Below are positions 25,933-37,700 of a stretch of 64,000 bases of DNA, one piece after another. Position 1 is the first letter of the stretch. Each line of letters starts with the position of its first letter. The stretch covers positions 32,001 through 96,000 of the forward strand of contig JAYTSD010000032.1 of NCBI GenBank assembly GCA_043745805.1, read 5' to 3'. This DNA is from Fibrobacteria bacterium. GTDB lineage: Bacteria > Fibrobacterota > Fibrobacteria > UBA11236. The notes below the pieces were generated by a model. It saw only the letters and a program-made list of their open reading frames with translations. It was not told the DNA's origin and made no database searches. The position numbers and the translations under genes were made by a program.

Positions 25933-27843
25933 ATGAAAAAAATAGGAATTGGTGCCCTTATTCTTTTGCTTATCGCAGGAATAGCTTTCGTTATTTATCA
26001 AAATACTCCGCATAAAAAATATGTTCGGCATATCACCAAAGCCCGACTATTTGCCAAAGAAAAAAACTTAACTGCTGCAGAACAAGAATATGAATTAGCC
26101 CTAAAAGCAGTGCATACATTTTCATCGGATATTGCACTAGAATATCTTCGTTTTAAAATCACAAAATTAATTGCAGAAAATAAGTGGCATGAAGCAACTC
26201 TTGCTGCACTTGACTTTGTCAAAGCCTATCCAGAGAATAATGAAGGGCAAGTTTTTTATGCTCAATTGGCTTATCGCACGGGGGATGCGGAAGCAGCCTT
26301 CGAAGCTATTGATAAAGTATTATTGGCTAAGCCTACTCACTTTGAAGCACGTAATTTACTTGCCCAATTACGAGCAAGTCAGGGCAGAGTGGATTTAGCA
26401 GAAGATCAATTGCGTTTGCTCCAAAAAAGCTATCCCGACTCCGTATCGGTATTGTTACCCTTGGTAGAAGCTTTAATCAAACAAGGTAAAGTTGTAGAAT
26501 GTCGTGCGATTTTACAAAAGGTAATTGCAACGCATCCAAATATAGCCCAAGCGCGCTTGTATCTTATGGACACCTATTTATTGGAGCGTCGTCCTGACTC
26601 TGCACAAGGTGTACTTACGGATTGGAAAAATCAAGATTCCAGCTTAATGCAAGAAATTAGTGTACGGCAAGCACGTCTTTATTCATTACTCAATAAATTG
26701 GAAGACGCCGAAAAATGTTTGCAACCTTATTTAAACAAAAGCCCAAAAAATATTGATGCTTTTTCCGAAAAAGCGATTTTGTTAGTGAAGCGGGGTAAAT
26801 ACGATAGTGCAATGCAAGTTTACGAAACCATGGCCGATCTTAAGGCTAATATTCGCGGTCAAACCAGTATGCTAGCCCATTTCATTGCCTTAAAAAATCA
26901 AGAGCCCGCTAAAGCCTTAGGGTATTTGAAGATTTTGCAAGTGGGTGATAAATCAGATCGTTTATCACAATTTCTAGTGGCTTGTTATATAGCAATGGGT
27001 TTAGAAAATAAAGCTCAAGAATTGGTCGATACGCAAAAAAAATCCTCTCAAAATTTAAGTGAATTACTCAAGCAACTCTCCCTTGGAAAAGAATTCATTG
27101 GGGAATGGGCGCTGGTACAATATTTTCAATTGACCAAACAAGATTATTGGGCTTTAGCCACGGCTGCGAGTTGGCAAAAAAAATGGCCCAAAAGCCAATT
27201 GGCAGCTGGGATGTTCGCTACTCAGCTGATTGCCTTAAAACAATATAAGGTTGCCTTAAGCATTTTAGAAAAACAGCAGTTTACTTTGCCTGCTCAAAGG
27301 ATAGGATTAATCGATTTATATATTCAAACTAATCAAATTGATAAAGCTTTAATCTTAGCGAATGAATTAACAAATGGCCCAGCGAAAATGCAGGGCTTAA
27401 ATACACTATTGGCCGATTTATATATTCGTAAAGGACAAAAAGAAAAAGCTATGGAGATTTTCAAATTACAATTTGAACAAGATCCAAAAAATTTAGTGTG
27501 TGCAAATAATTTGGCATGGGAATATGGCGTTGTACAAAAAGATTATAGCAAAGCAAAAGTCTATATTGAAGCATTAAAGAATGCTAAGCATAATGATCCA
27601 CGACTTTATGATACCATAGGCTGGGTGCTTGCAATGGCAGAGAAATGGGATGAAGCCGAAACAAATTTACATAAGGCAACTTTATTAATCCCTGACTTTC
27701 CTCCAGTCATGTATCACTTTGGTTATGTTAAAGTGCAACAAGGTAAAAAGGCTGAAGGAAAAAAATGGGTAGACCAAGCTTTAAGTTCAACGGCTGCATT
27801 TGAAGAAAGAGCCGAAGCAAAAGCTTTTGCGGCAGGCATTTAG
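25933..27843 (+). CDS. Membrane-anchored tetratricopeptide repeat protein
   Basis: N-terminal TM helix, many TPR-like helical repeats, C-terminal ANNLAW / DTIGWV / YHFG pattern seen in PrsT-like TPR proteins. Confidence 0.75.
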   Translation: MKKIGIGALILLLIAGIAFVIYQNTPHKKYVRHITKARLFAKEKNLTAAEQEYELALKAVHTFSSDIALEYLRFKITKLIAENKWHEATLAALDFVKAYPENNEGQVFYAQLAYRTGDAEAAFEAIDKVLLAKPTHFEARNLLAQLRASQGRVDLAEDQLRLLQKSYPDSVSVLLPLVEALIKQGKVVECRAILQKVIATHPNIAQARLYLMDTYLLERRPDSAQGVLTDWKNQDSSLMQEISVRQARLYSLLNKLEDAEKCLQPYLNKSPKNIDAFSEKAILLVKRGKYDSAMQVYETMADLKANIRGQTSMLAHFIALKNQEPAKALGYLKILQVGDKSDRLSQFLVACYIAMGLENKAQELVDTQKKSSQNLSELLKQLSLGKEFIGEWALVQYFQLTKQDYWALATAASWQKKWPKSQLAAGMFATQLIALKQYKVALSILEKQQFTLPAQRIGLIDLYIQTNQIDKALILANELTNGPAKMQGLNTLLADLYIRKGQKEKAMEIFKLQFEQDPKNLVCANNLAWEYGVVQKDYSKAKVYIEALKNAKHNDPRLYDTIGWVLAMAEKWDEAETNLHKATLLIPDFPPVMYHFGYVKVQQGKKAEGKKWVDQALSSTAAFEERAEAKAFAAGI

Positions 27844-29645
27844 GGACCGAAGAGCAGGAGGGAATGGGCTTGGTTTTTGAAAACCTTGACACTTCCAAAT
27901 CCATAAGTCGCTTCCAAATTTAAGGGCGACTTTAACACATGATACAGCACCACAGGATAACCATTTTTCTTTGCCGCAAACAAAACAGAATCCATACGTA
28001 TAAATTCAAGCTTCGAGATTTCAATTAATTGTTGTTCTGGCCACCCTTGTTTATGCAGATAAAATTCGGTGTAATAGGGATAATAAAGGCCCGTAAAGAG
28101 AACTTTTTCTTTGGGATAATGTATTTCCAAATACTTTAATGCTTCTCGATAAGGATAGGATTGATCACCTACATCGACTCCATAAATACCCCAGTCCTGA
28201 ACTCTCGTTCCATCCTTATGTACGGGAGAGTAATAACTTTGTACTCCTATTGCGAATGCTAAAAATCCCAGCGCATACGGCAGATATTTCTTTGTCACCA
28301 GCCTTAAAAATTCCACAGCAAAAACGAGAAGACTGGGTAATAAAAAAAGATTAAAGCGACTGTATCCATTGTATTGTCGATTATCAAGAAAATGGAAAGT
28401 GGAATCTACTAGCAAAATTAAAGCAAGAAAAAATAATAGCTGCCATTTGCGGCGGACGAGTAGTAATACGAATCCTGCAATAGCTATAGGCAGTAAAAGG
28501 CCAAAGCTATCCCAGAGTGAATGCAACTGAATCCAATACAAGTGGGCATCCTGGATATATTCAAAGTGAGGTGAATAGAAGCGTGTGGGTCCAATGCGTA
28601 ATCGATAAAGCAGGTAAAGGCATATTGGGAAGCATATAGCAAAGCTGATTTTTAATTCCGCCAGCATCGGCTTCCATCCGAGTGATTGGTTTTTGATTAA
28701 ATGCGAAAGTCTAAAGATTATTCGACAACATAAAAAGACAAACAGAAAGGGTATGGTCGTTTCTTTCATAAATCCAAGGAGCAATAAGGCTATCCAACTG
28801 GGCATAGCTAATAATCGCTCTGGATCGCCACGCAGCAAGCGTATTGCCTGCAAACAAACCAAAGTCATACAGAACACGGCAGGCATCTCTAAATAGAAAA
28901 GTGAATCAAAATTTCGGATTACCGGAAGTGTGGCTAATAAAAAGAATAGTCCTAGCCTTAGAAAAATGGAATGCCGGCGTAGGCTATAGAAGCCCAATCC
29001 CGCCAAGCATGCGGCGGAAAGTAAGGGGAGTAGGCGATAAGGGATTTCGGGATAGGGATTATGCCGAATAAGGTTGGCGAAGTAAGCAAGGGTAGCCGCG
29101 ACATAATGCAGAAAAATAGGATAGCGTAAAGCATGATAGAGATCGATATGGGCACGATGTCCTACCCATGTTACCCCTAAAAAAAAGACCGCAGCAATGA
29201 ATATCAAGAGTCCATCCAAGGATGGACGTAAAAAGGCAAAGATTAAAAAAAGTGCCAAAGCTAAGAAATACATTTTATGCAAAGCGAGTGAATGGGTAAT
29301 TTGCACGGCACAAAAAATATGATAATCCTCATCGCCACGCCAAGGTATGGAGACGGAAAGGCAGCGAAATTCCATCAAGAAAAATATTATGAAGAATAAG
29401 CAAAAGCAGAGAAGCTGGCGGAGCGAAAAAATCCGAAAATCCCCACTACAAATCCAAGCCCAATAGAATCCAGCCAGAGCGGAGATTATCCATGCAAACC
29501 CTTTTAAAGGCAAGCCCGGTAGGCTATTCCAAAGCGGAGTTAATATAAAGCATAATAGGTATAGGCTAAAAAGCAAAGCAAAACCCAGCGGTCTGGAGAT
29601 TTTCAGGCGTTTGGAAAAATTCATCACAATTATTTTAGCATGCAA
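27840..29645 (-). CDS. Polytopic membrane protein, probable GT-C fold glycosyltransferase (ArnT/PMT-like)
   Basis: More than 10 hydrophobic segments; luminal WRGDEDYH acidic motif after the first TMs; YLEMP, MKET, YSRF motifs. Confidence 0.55.
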   Translation of the reverse strand: MHAKIIVMNFSKRLKISRPLGFALLFSLYLLCFILTPLWNSLPGLPLKGFAWIISALAGFYWAWICSGDFRIFSLRQLLCFCLFFIIFFLMEFRCLSVSIPWRGDEDYHIFCAVQITHSLALHKMYFLALALFLIFAFLRPSLDGLLIFIAAVFFLGVTWVGHRAHIDLYHALRYPIFLHYVAATLAYFANLIRHNPYPEIPYRLLPLLSAACLAGLGFYSLRRHSIFLRLGLFFLLATLPVIRNFDSLFYLEMPAVFCMTLVCLQAIRLLRGDPERLLAMPSWIALLLLGFMKETTIPFLFVFLCCRIIFRLSHLIKNQSLGWKPMLAELKISFAICFPICLYLLYRLRIGPTRFYSPHFEYIQDAHLYWIQLHSLWDSFGLLLPIAIAGFVLLLVRRKWQLLFFLALILLVDSTFHFLDNRQYNGYSRFNLFLLPSLLVFAVEFLRLVTKKYLPYALGFLAFAIGVQSYYSPVHKDGTRVQDWGIYGVDVGDQSYPYREALKYLEIHYPKEKVLFTGLYYPYYTEFYLHKQGWPEQQLIEISKLEFIRMDSVLFAAKKNGYPVVLYHVLKSPLNLEATYGFGSVKVFKNQAHSLLLFGP

Positions 29646-29700
29646 ATGACTTTACATCACCCTTGCAATTTAATTCTTTGCAGTTAATAGCGAATGAAGC

Positions 29701-30963
29701 TTAATATGAGTAGAATATTTGATGCACAGGATTTTTTCCCATACTGCACTTTCCCATTCCATTAAATAAATTTTGGTTTAATGATTTTGCTTTTGTCTTA
29801 TAAGGTGAAAAAATACTGACTTGATTTCCAAACTCATAAGCGCCAATATCAATAGTTCCCACCGATTGCCTCGATTCACTGGAAAGTGGATGTACATATT
29901 GAAATGCGGGCATTAAACTAAATCCATGCGCAGTACCCGGATTGGCACCTTGATTTATCGCGGCAGAGTTAGCTAATAAATGAAAATCAAAAATAGCGAT
30001 ATTAACTAAGCCGGCATTGGCGGTTTCTAAATTATTGGATGTATCCGAGGGACCTTCTACGGCTCTTCCTCCCCCAATAAAAAGATTATTCATCACTTTT
30101 GCTTTGCCCATTCCGTTCGTAATGGATACAAAAACATCGGATGATCCGGCTCGGTTATTAATAATGGTATTATTAATAACATATAAATCTTTTCCGCGTA
30201 TTTTAGTCAATGGTTCTTCGCCATAAGCAATGATTGCAGGGTTATCGGTATTAGGACTTTGCCGAATTAAATTTCCGATAATATAAGAAGTGCCAGCTTC
30301 GGGAATATCAATCTCATAACTGGCCGTGCCAGTTACTTCATCCATTATGCGATTGTAAAGTATATAACTCGTATCGGCACGGGTTTTAACGAGATGGCCA
30401 ATTTTTGCATCATGACTATAGCTATTGCGCAAGGTGAAGCTTTTTGCATAGCCGATATATATGTTATGGCTTTGACCATCTCCAAATCCATTGCGCGCGA
30501 ATTCACTGTTTTCAATTAAAACAGTTCCACCATCACCACCTAAAATTCCATTTTCATTGTCATGAAAAAAACAATGACGAATAATGACATTGGGACCTTC
30601 TTGACGAATACCTGCACCATTTTGATCGGGAACTGAGGCGCCAGAAAATTCAATATTTTCTACGACAGTATTTTTTCCACCGATTACCCAAATTGCTTTT
30701 CCACCTTCATTTTTGCCATTGGCCGCTAAATGTGCATATTTAGAAGAGCCCCGTAACACCAAATTATCGGCACGCCAACTTGTAACATCGCCATTATAAA
30801 GTCCAGCTGCAATTTCAACGGTATCGCCATTCTGTGCATCAACTGAGGCTAAGCTCGGCTTAGCATATTTTTTTCCTGGTCCCACCTCTAATTTTCGCGC
30901 CTCGAGCTGCATAGTCAATAAAACGCTTAGAGCTAAAAATAGTCGATCGAATTTATGGAGCAT
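29701..30963 (-). CDS. Secreted right-handed beta-helix protein with choice-of-anchor Q-like C-terminus
   Basis: VGPGKKY, GDTVEIAAG, VPDQNGAGIRQEG, HDNENGIL, SHNIYIG, GHLVKTRA, DFHLLANSAAINQG...DIGAYE. Confidence 0.75.
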   Translation of the reverse strand: MLHKFDRLFLALSVLLTMQLEARKLEVGPGKKYAKPSLASVDAQNGDTVEIAAGLYNGDVTSWRADNLVLRGSSKYAHLAANGKNEGGKAIWVIGGKNTVVENIEFSGASVPDQNGAGIRQEGPNVIIRHCFFHDNENGILGGDGGTVLIENSEFARNGFGDGQSHNIYIGYAKSFTLRNSYSHDAKIGHLVKTRADTSYILYNRIMDEVTGTASYEIDIPEAGTSYIIGNLIRQSPNTDNPAIIAYGEEPLTKIRGKDLYVINNTIINNRAGSSDVFVSITNGMGKAKVMNNLFIGGGRAVEGPSDTSNNLETANAGLVNIAIFDFHLLANSAAINQGANPGTAHGFSLMPAFQYVHPLSSESRQSVGTIDIGAYEFGNQVSIFSPYKTKAKSLNQNLFNGMGKCSMGKNPVHQIFYSY

Positions 30964-31035
30964 ACTTTTCTTTCCTCAGTAATTACATGAGATCGCTATT
31001 TGCTTGGCCGTTAAAATAGCATATTGCAGAGTAAA

Positions 31036-31860
31036 TTATAATTGCCTGCGAAAGTTAATCGCAGCTTGCAAATGTTGACGATGATAACCATCTCCCGAAT
31101 ATTTTCCATCGGTAAGCAAGGTTCTAGCGGATATTTGAATCAGAATACGTTGCAGGGTATCTAAATCATCCGGAAAAATGGAGGTGGTGCATTGTGCAGA
31201 ACTTATAAATCGAAAATTTAATGAATCAATACCTTCGGCTAAATTCAAAGTATCAGGTTGTAAATCATTTCGTAAACCGGGAATTAAATGTATGCGAAAA
31301 TGCCCCTGTCCATCGGTTTTTAAAATCTGCCTTGCTACGGGATATAAATTTACATAGGCAGGTGCATTAGGGAAATTAGCCGCATTAATACCCACTACTA
31401 ATAAGGTATCAGTACTAGTGATTTGGATACTTATAATCGCGGTATCTTGTGTAATACCTTCAGCCCAAACATAAAATTTAAAAAGGGAATCGGAATGCGC
31501 AGGAATACGAAAAGTGGTTTGTGAGAAAGAATTTCCACTGCTAAATTTCTGAGCACGAATCTTGGTTTGGGTAGGATTCATTTTGAATCCTAATCCATTT
31601 ACATCAGGAAAAATCGCATGGCTATGACTGGGTAATCCTGCTCCAGCTTGGGTGAGATAGTATTGCGATTCTTGTAATGTGTATTGTCCATTCATTCGCA
31701 TTTCAGCAATTCCACTTTGTACCAACATACCCTTATGTTGAATATGATAGATGTAGAGAATACCTGCAATAGCGATAGTAGCAATACAAGATGCGACTAA
31801 AACTTCTAATAAGGAAATTCCTTTTGGTGAGGAAATTAAGCGCTTACCTAAAATTTTCAT
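31036..31860 (-). CDS. Type IV minor pilin, PilW-like
   Basis: Prepilin cleavage KG|ISLLEVLV; C-terminal LAEGIDSLNFRF...ILIQISART. ATG at 31860 preferred over the ORF-track start. Confidence 0.75.
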   Translation of the reverse strand: MKILGKRLISSPKGISLLEVLVASCIATIAIAGILYIYHIQHKGMLVQSGIAEMRMNGQYTLQESQYYLTQAGAGLPSHSHAIFPDVNGLGFKMNPTQTKIRAQKFSSGNSFSQTTFRIPAHSDSLFKFYVWAEGITQDTAIISIQITSTDTLLVVGINAANFPNAPAYVNLYPVARQILKTDGQGHFRIHLIPGLRNDLQPDTLNLAEGIDSLNFRFISSAQCTTSIFPDDLDTLQRILIQISARTLLTDGKYSGDGYHRQHLQAAINFRRQL

Positions 31861-31888
31861 AAAACCTTCGCACAAAAATAAACCTTTT

Positions 31889-32350
31889 TTATCTGGGTCG
31901 ATACACCACAAAGCCATAAGTTTTGGTGACTAAATTACCAGCTTGATTTTTAAAATCAGCCATTAGGGTAACATAACGTAAGGTAGTGGTATCTTGTTGA
32001 TTAATATTTTTCATATCAGCGGAAGTTACCCCACGCGAGCTGGCTTTAATGGTTACTCCCGATCCCTGTGAATGCTGTAAAATGGTATTACTTAATCCTT
32101 TGAGTGAATCAAGAGGCAAGAGTACAACGTTTTCTAATGCCTCTTGCGTGGCCAATGCCACGGCACCATAGGTTTTGGAGCGTTGATTGCCGATTAAAGA
32201 ATTATGCGAAGTCCCTACAAAAATCGATCCCGCTACACCGATTAAAACAATAGCAATCAGCACTTCAATTAAAGTAAAACCGTATTTGGCTGTAGCAATG
32301 ATTTTCTTTTGTGGGCTATTCAATTTGATCATAAAAAATAAATTTTTCAT
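31889..32350 (-). CDS. Type IV minor pilin, PilV/GspI-like
   Basis: YG|FTLIEVLIAIVLI; ALATQEALE; ATGA overlap with the upstream gene. Confidence 0.78.
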   Translation of the reverse strand: MKNLFFMIKLNSPQKKIIATAKYGFTLIEVLIAIVLIGVAGSIFVGTSHNSLIGNQRSKTYGAVALATQEALENVVLLPLDSLKGLSNTILQHSQGSGVTIKASSRGVTSADMKNINQQDTTTLRYVTLMADFKNQAGNLVTKTYGFVVYRPR

Positions 32351-32847
32351 AATACCTTTGCCGTCCCCGTAGCCGGTAAGAGTTGAATTTTTTGTTGAAA
32401 AAGGGAATCGGAACCAATTATCGCCAATAAGGGAGAATTCGCCGTTCCGATTAAGTTAATACCTAATCCACCAAAACAAACACTGTGCGTGGAGGTTTTC
32501 CCTCCTTGTACATTTTGAAAACTTAAGCCCTGTGGTAAAGTAAACGTGGCCATAATAGAATCGTCGGAATTATATCCGGCAGGGGCGCTTCGATCATTAA
32601 ATATGCGATAGGTGACATTATCGGGAAGAAATTCAATACAAGGTCCAGCCATACCCATAACTCCTAAGGAACGTAACTTCCAAAGTTGATCTACTAATTT
32701 ATTTGCCTCCGCTTTGGCTTTTTCTCTTTGGGAAAAATGCGATAAGCCTAAATATCCTGAGGCTCCTAAAATGGAAATCAAGACTAATACCGTTACTACT
32801 TCAATAAGACTAAATCCTTTATGATAAATAAGCGTGTTGGTTTTCAT
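32347..32847 (-). CDS. Type IV minor pilin, FimT/FimU/GspH-like
   Basis: KG|FSLIEVVTVLVLISIL; ATG at 32847 overlaps the pilX-like stop. Confidence 0.78.
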   Translation of the reverse strand: MKTNTLIYHKGFSLIEVVTVLVLISILGASGYLGLSHFSQREKAKAEANKLVDQLWKLRSLGVMGMAGPCIEFLPDNVTYRIFNDRSAPAGYNSDDSIMATFTLPQGLSFQNVQGGKTSTHSVCFGGLGINLIGTANSPLLAIIGSDSLFQQKIQLLPATGTAKVL

Positions 32848-34589
32848 CGCCGTACTAGCTCCCAATCGGTTAAAACAGGTAAGACCATGCGTGGAGTGCC
32901 AGGAGGCATATTGATCATCGCGTTATACATGGGATCAAAATTGTATACGCGAATAGGAGGTGTAAAATAAACACCATTAATATTATTGTTACCCCACGAA
33001 TGCCGACTGTCCCATATACAAACGCTCGAACCAGTTTTTTCATACGGTACATTATCCCAGTTTTCCAAAAAGCGAACTAGATTTTGATACCCTCCTTGTC
33101 CCGCATGACTTCCATTTTGAGCAATCATACCTGTCATGATACAGGCATTCACTGTTACCCGAGCCTTATTATTGCGCCCAATAATGCTACTCCCGGGACC
33201 CATTCCCAAAGAATGCTCATTCGGTAAAAAATCATAACTGAGTTGTGTCATATTATCGCTCACGAGAGAGCTGGGCCAAGCTGACTTTAACCCATTGACT
33301 GCATAACCCGAGTCGGTATTATAACTACCCAAAAGGACCATACGACTATTGGTGACTAAGGTGAGTGGACGTAAAAGTTTTTTAGCATTATAAATTAAAA
33401 AACCACCCACTATTTGATTACTCTGACTCGGATCTTTTAATTCGTCATACAAATAAATAATACTGTCTGTACGATTCCTGACCAACAAATCAAAATTTAT
33501 AGGCAGTAGCTTTAAAGTTACCTTATCGCGTTTATCATAAAATGTAATCCGATTACCTAAAGAATCAAAAAGCGGACTGGTGGGTTTTATCAGTGGGTCG
33601 GTTCCCAAACTAAAGGGGGCTGGGGCTAATGATTTATCAAGCCAAACGCCATTATAAATGAGCGTGGCCTTCCAGGCAAACTTTGCCATTTGCGTATTAG
33701 CATCATCCCCTATATCACGCCAATCAAGTACCACATTGGGATCTACGGACTTTTTTAACGGCAAGGATAATTTTTGCACTTTTCCACAACCATTTTCATT
33801 ATCGCCATAAGCGGCGCGGTGGTCTTTTTTCCATCCGCTCCAGCTGCTCACTAATTTTTTCAATTCTTCGGGAGCGACATTGCTGGGTTTTATGGGAGCG
33901 CTTAAATCAGGACCGCTTCCGTCCATCAGTGGAAAATAAATTTTACTTTTCCCAAAACCTTTCTTTAAAAGTATGGGTCCTGGTGTGGTGATCCAATCAT
34001 AGAGATAAAGTTCATTTCCGGGATAAAGTAAAATGGTGTCATTGCAATGAATTTTTCCGTTCAAATTCATTTGTGGCCCAGGATGAATTTCCAATAGCTT
34101 GTCGAAAAATACCGCGAATTGAAAAACCGGTAATTCTTCGAAGGAGGCTTTTTCATTTAAGGCACTATGCCGAGCAGGTCCTTCTTCACAAGTAGCCAGC
34201 AAAGAGATATCTGTACTTTTTAAAATTTGTCCAAAACAATTCGATTGCGAGCTTTGTGTGGGTGTGGATATATCGGTGGTGCAAGCCATTGCCGTATGAT
34301 TAATCGGTTCACAGGTACAAGCCTCATGACTTGCCGTGGGTAATGAATTGTTTTCAATAGTATGTGCAGCGGAATTCACGCCGAGAGACGCGCATTGTTG
34401 TACACATAATCGGGTTTGTAAAACATTCATTTCTGCCGCGGCAATAGCCATAGTGACTTGGGAGCGACTCAGCATACGCGAGGCGATGAGTAATATAGCG
34501 ACAAGGATTATCGGAACTAAAATTAAAACGTAACCGCTCTGTTTCTGGATGGAGTGCCGTTCAGACTGAGGATTATTTGCTAGTGGCAT
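32844..34589 (-). CDS. PilX/GspK-like pilin with large C-terminal beta-rich domain
   Basis: SG|YVLILV without Glu5 (PilX type); PVFQFAVFF...LEIHPGPQM..NGKIHCN; GGYQNLVRFLENW; FTPPIRVYNFD; MPPGTP. Confidence 0.72.
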   Translation of the reverse strand: MPLANNPQSERHSIQKQSGYVLILVPIILVAILLIASRMLSRSQVTMAIAAAEMNVLQTRLCVQQCASLGVNSAAHTIENNSLPTASHEACTCEPINHTAMACTTDISTPTQSSQSNCFGQILKSTDISLLATCEEGPARHSALNEKASFEELPVFQFAVFFDKLLEIHPGPQMNLNGKIHCNDTILLYPGNELYLYDWITTPGPILLKKGFGKSKIYFPLMDGSGPDLSAPIKPSNVAPEELKKLVSSWSGWKKDHRAAYGDNENGCGKVQKLSLPLKKSVDPNVVLDWRDIGDDANTQMAKFAWKATLIYNGVWLDKSLAPAPFSLGTDPLIKPTSPLFDSLGNRITFYDKRDKVTLKLLPINFDLLVRNRTDSIIYLYDELKDPSQSNQIVGGFLIYNAKKLLRPLTLVTNSRMVLLGSYNTDSGYAVNGLKSAWPSSLVSDNMTQLSYDFLPNEHSLGMGPGSSIIGRNNKARVTVNACIMTGMIAQNGSHAGQGGYQNLVRFLENWDNVPYEKTGSSVCIWDSRHSWGNNNINGVYFTPPIRVYNFDPMYNAMINMPPGTPRMVLPVLTDWELVRR

Positions 34590-34787
34590 AATACTCCTTT
34601 CACCGATTTATTTTGGGTTTCGGTGATTACTTGTTCTTATTGTACACTTTTGTAAAGTTGGGAAATCAAGGTTAACTACGAAGATTATTCGGGGTTTTGA
34701 ACTTATTGCGAAACTTGTGATTGATGCGAAAAGCATTGGTCTTCTGGGTAAAAAAAGGCATTTTTATATTTCCATTGGGAGACTTTT

Positions 34788-37700
34788 ATGCATTTTCAAA
34801 ATCTGGTTTTAAGCTTGCAAAAATTTTGGAGTGAACAAGGATGTTTACTGGCACAATCCTATGATCTTGAAAAAGGAGCTGCGACATTTAATCCCTCCAC
34901 CTTTTTGCGGTCCCTAGGGCCAGAGCCTTTTAACGCTGCATTCATTGAGCCCTGTCGTCGACCTAAGGACGGCCGTTATGGTGAAAACCCAAATCGTATG
35001 CAACACTATTATCAATTCCAAGTGGTAATGAAACCTAATCCGGCGAACATTTTAGAACTGTATTTAAGCTCCTTAAAAGCCATAGGTATTAATCCTTTAG
35101 AACATGATATTCGTTTTGTGCATGACGATTGGGAATCGCCAACTTTAGGAGCTTGGGGTTTGGGTTGGGAAGTATGGTTAGATGGAATGGAGATCACACA
35201 GTTCACTTATTTTCAACAAGTGGGCGGTATCGATTTATCTCCCGTAACCGGCGAGATAACCTACGGCTTAGAACGAATTTGCATGTATTTGCAAAAAAAG
35301 AATAATGTTTTTCAACTTAGCTATAATGATCAATTTACTTATGGCGATATTTTCCATCTTAATGAAGTGCAATATTCGCAGCATAATTTTGAATTCGCGG
35401 ATACCGATTTACATTTTGATCTATTCAATAAATACGAAGCCGAATGTAAGCGACTCATGGCGCTTGGCGTGGTGCTTCCCGCTTATGATTACTGTATTAA
35501 GGCGAGCCATGCTTTTAATTTGTTAGATGCACGAGGCGCTATTTCGGTCAATGAACGTCAAGGTTATATCTTACGCGTACGCGCTTTAGCCAAGCTGGCT
35601 GCTGAAGCCTGGATCAAAACTCGTGAATCCATGGGCTATCCTTTAATGGCACGCTCTAAGCCATTAGTGGCCCCGCTAGGCGCGTCAATTGAGGGGTTCA
35701 AACCTTTAACCGCGAATGTTACTGCGGAACGCGCCCCTTTATTAATTGAATTAGGCGTGGAAGAAATGCCGGCTCGGGTTTTTGGACCTTTGCATCGCGA
35801 ACTTCCTGCATTAGTGCAAAAACATTTTGCTGACTCACAACTAGACTTACAAGACATTAAAATTTTTGCTAGTCCTCGGCGCATTACTATTTCGGTGAGT
35901 TCATTGCGATTATCGCAACCGGATCTGGCTTTGGATCTTAAAGGCCCTCCTGCACAAATTGCTAAGAATGAAGCCGGCTGGACAAAAGCCGCACTGGCTT
36001 TTGCACAGAAAAATCAAATTGATTTGGCGACATTAGAAATCCGCAAACACGAAGGTGGCGAATATGTTTTCGCTAAGGTAGAGCGCAAAGGGCGTTCGGC
36101 GGTTGACCTATTGGCGGAAATTATTCCCAAAATCTTGGGAGAAATCCATTGGTATAAAACTATGCGTTGGGGAGAAGCCAAGGAAATGGCCTTTGTCCGT
36201 CCTGTTCAATGGTTGGTGGGAATATTAGGCAATGATATATTGCCGCTCCAATTTGCTGGTTTAAAAGCAGGAGCGGTTTCTTTTGGCCACCGTTTTTTAC
36301 ATGCTGGCCCTGTTGCCGTTTCCTCGGATCGGGAAAAATATTTAAAGGCATTACGCAACGCGAAAGTAATTGTTGATCAAGAAGAAAGAAAATCTATCAT
36401 TCGCGCCTCCTGTAAAAAAACAGCAGAGGAAAAAAACTGGTTATGGAAAGAAGATGAAGAATTATTAGAACAAGTGGCTTATCTGGTAGAATTCCCTGTT
36501 CCGGTTTTGGGTTCTTTCGAAAAAAATCTTTTAGCTATTCCTGCCGAAGTTTTAATTTCAGAAATGCGCGAACATCAAAAGTATTTTGCGGTAACCGATA
36601 TGCAAGGTGATTTGGTAAATGCTTTTATCACATTATCCAATATGGTCTGTGAGGACTATGCCTTAATTCGTGAAGGTAATGAAAAAGTTATTCGCGCACG
36701 CTTTGCCGACGCAGAGTTTTTTCTTAAAGAAGATAAACAAAGAACTTTGCAATCCCGCCTCATCGACTTAGATAAAATAACTTTCTTAGCGGATCTAGGC
36801 AGCAAAGGCAGTATTGGTGAAAAGGTAAAGCGCGTGCAAGTGCTTGCCGAATTTATCGGCGAAAAATTAGGACTTGATGCCGAGGCCCTTGGCCGCATCA
36901 AACAAATCGCTATACTCTGTAAATGCGATCTCACGACCCAGATGGTAGGTGAATTTCCTGAATTGCAAGGCATCGTAGGTCGATATTATGCTTTGGCCGA
37001 AGGATTAGACACTAGTGTTGCTAACGGCATTCGCGATCATTATCTACCCCGTAATGCTAATGATACCTATCCTGAAAATGACGAAGGCGCTATTGTCGGC
37101 ATTGCTGATCGTATCGACACCTTAATGAGTATGTTTTCCAAAGGTAAAGTGCCTACGGGCTCTGCGGATCCTTATGCTTTACGCCGAGCATGCTGGTCTT
37201 GCGTGGCCATTATGTTACATCGCAAATTTGATTTAAATATTTTAGACATTTTAAAATATGCTTTGGTAGAAGTGTATCGCGAAGAATTTCAATTTCAGCA
37301 ATTTAGCATTGAGAAAAAAGGTAACCTAGAACTTTTCCATGATTTACAGGAATTCTTTTTTGCACGAACGAAATTTCTTTTACAAGAAATCCCGAGAGCG
37401 GATTTGCCGGGCGGTTTTGCTAAGGATATTGTGGAGGCTGCGGCTCAGAGCACTTTGGGTTGGCATGATTTATTAGACTTTGTCGCTCGCACTAAAGCCT
37501 TACAAGAATTCCGTCAACATCCCGATTTTATGGCTATTGCCGAAACGTTTAAACGCGTCAATAATATTCTTAAAGGTGAAGTGATGGGTGTTTTAAATCC
37601 AGAGACTTTCCAATTGGATGTGGAAAAAAATTTATATAAAACTTTAGCACAAATTAAATTAGAGATGGATAAGTTTTTAGAGAAAAAAGATTATCTGCAT

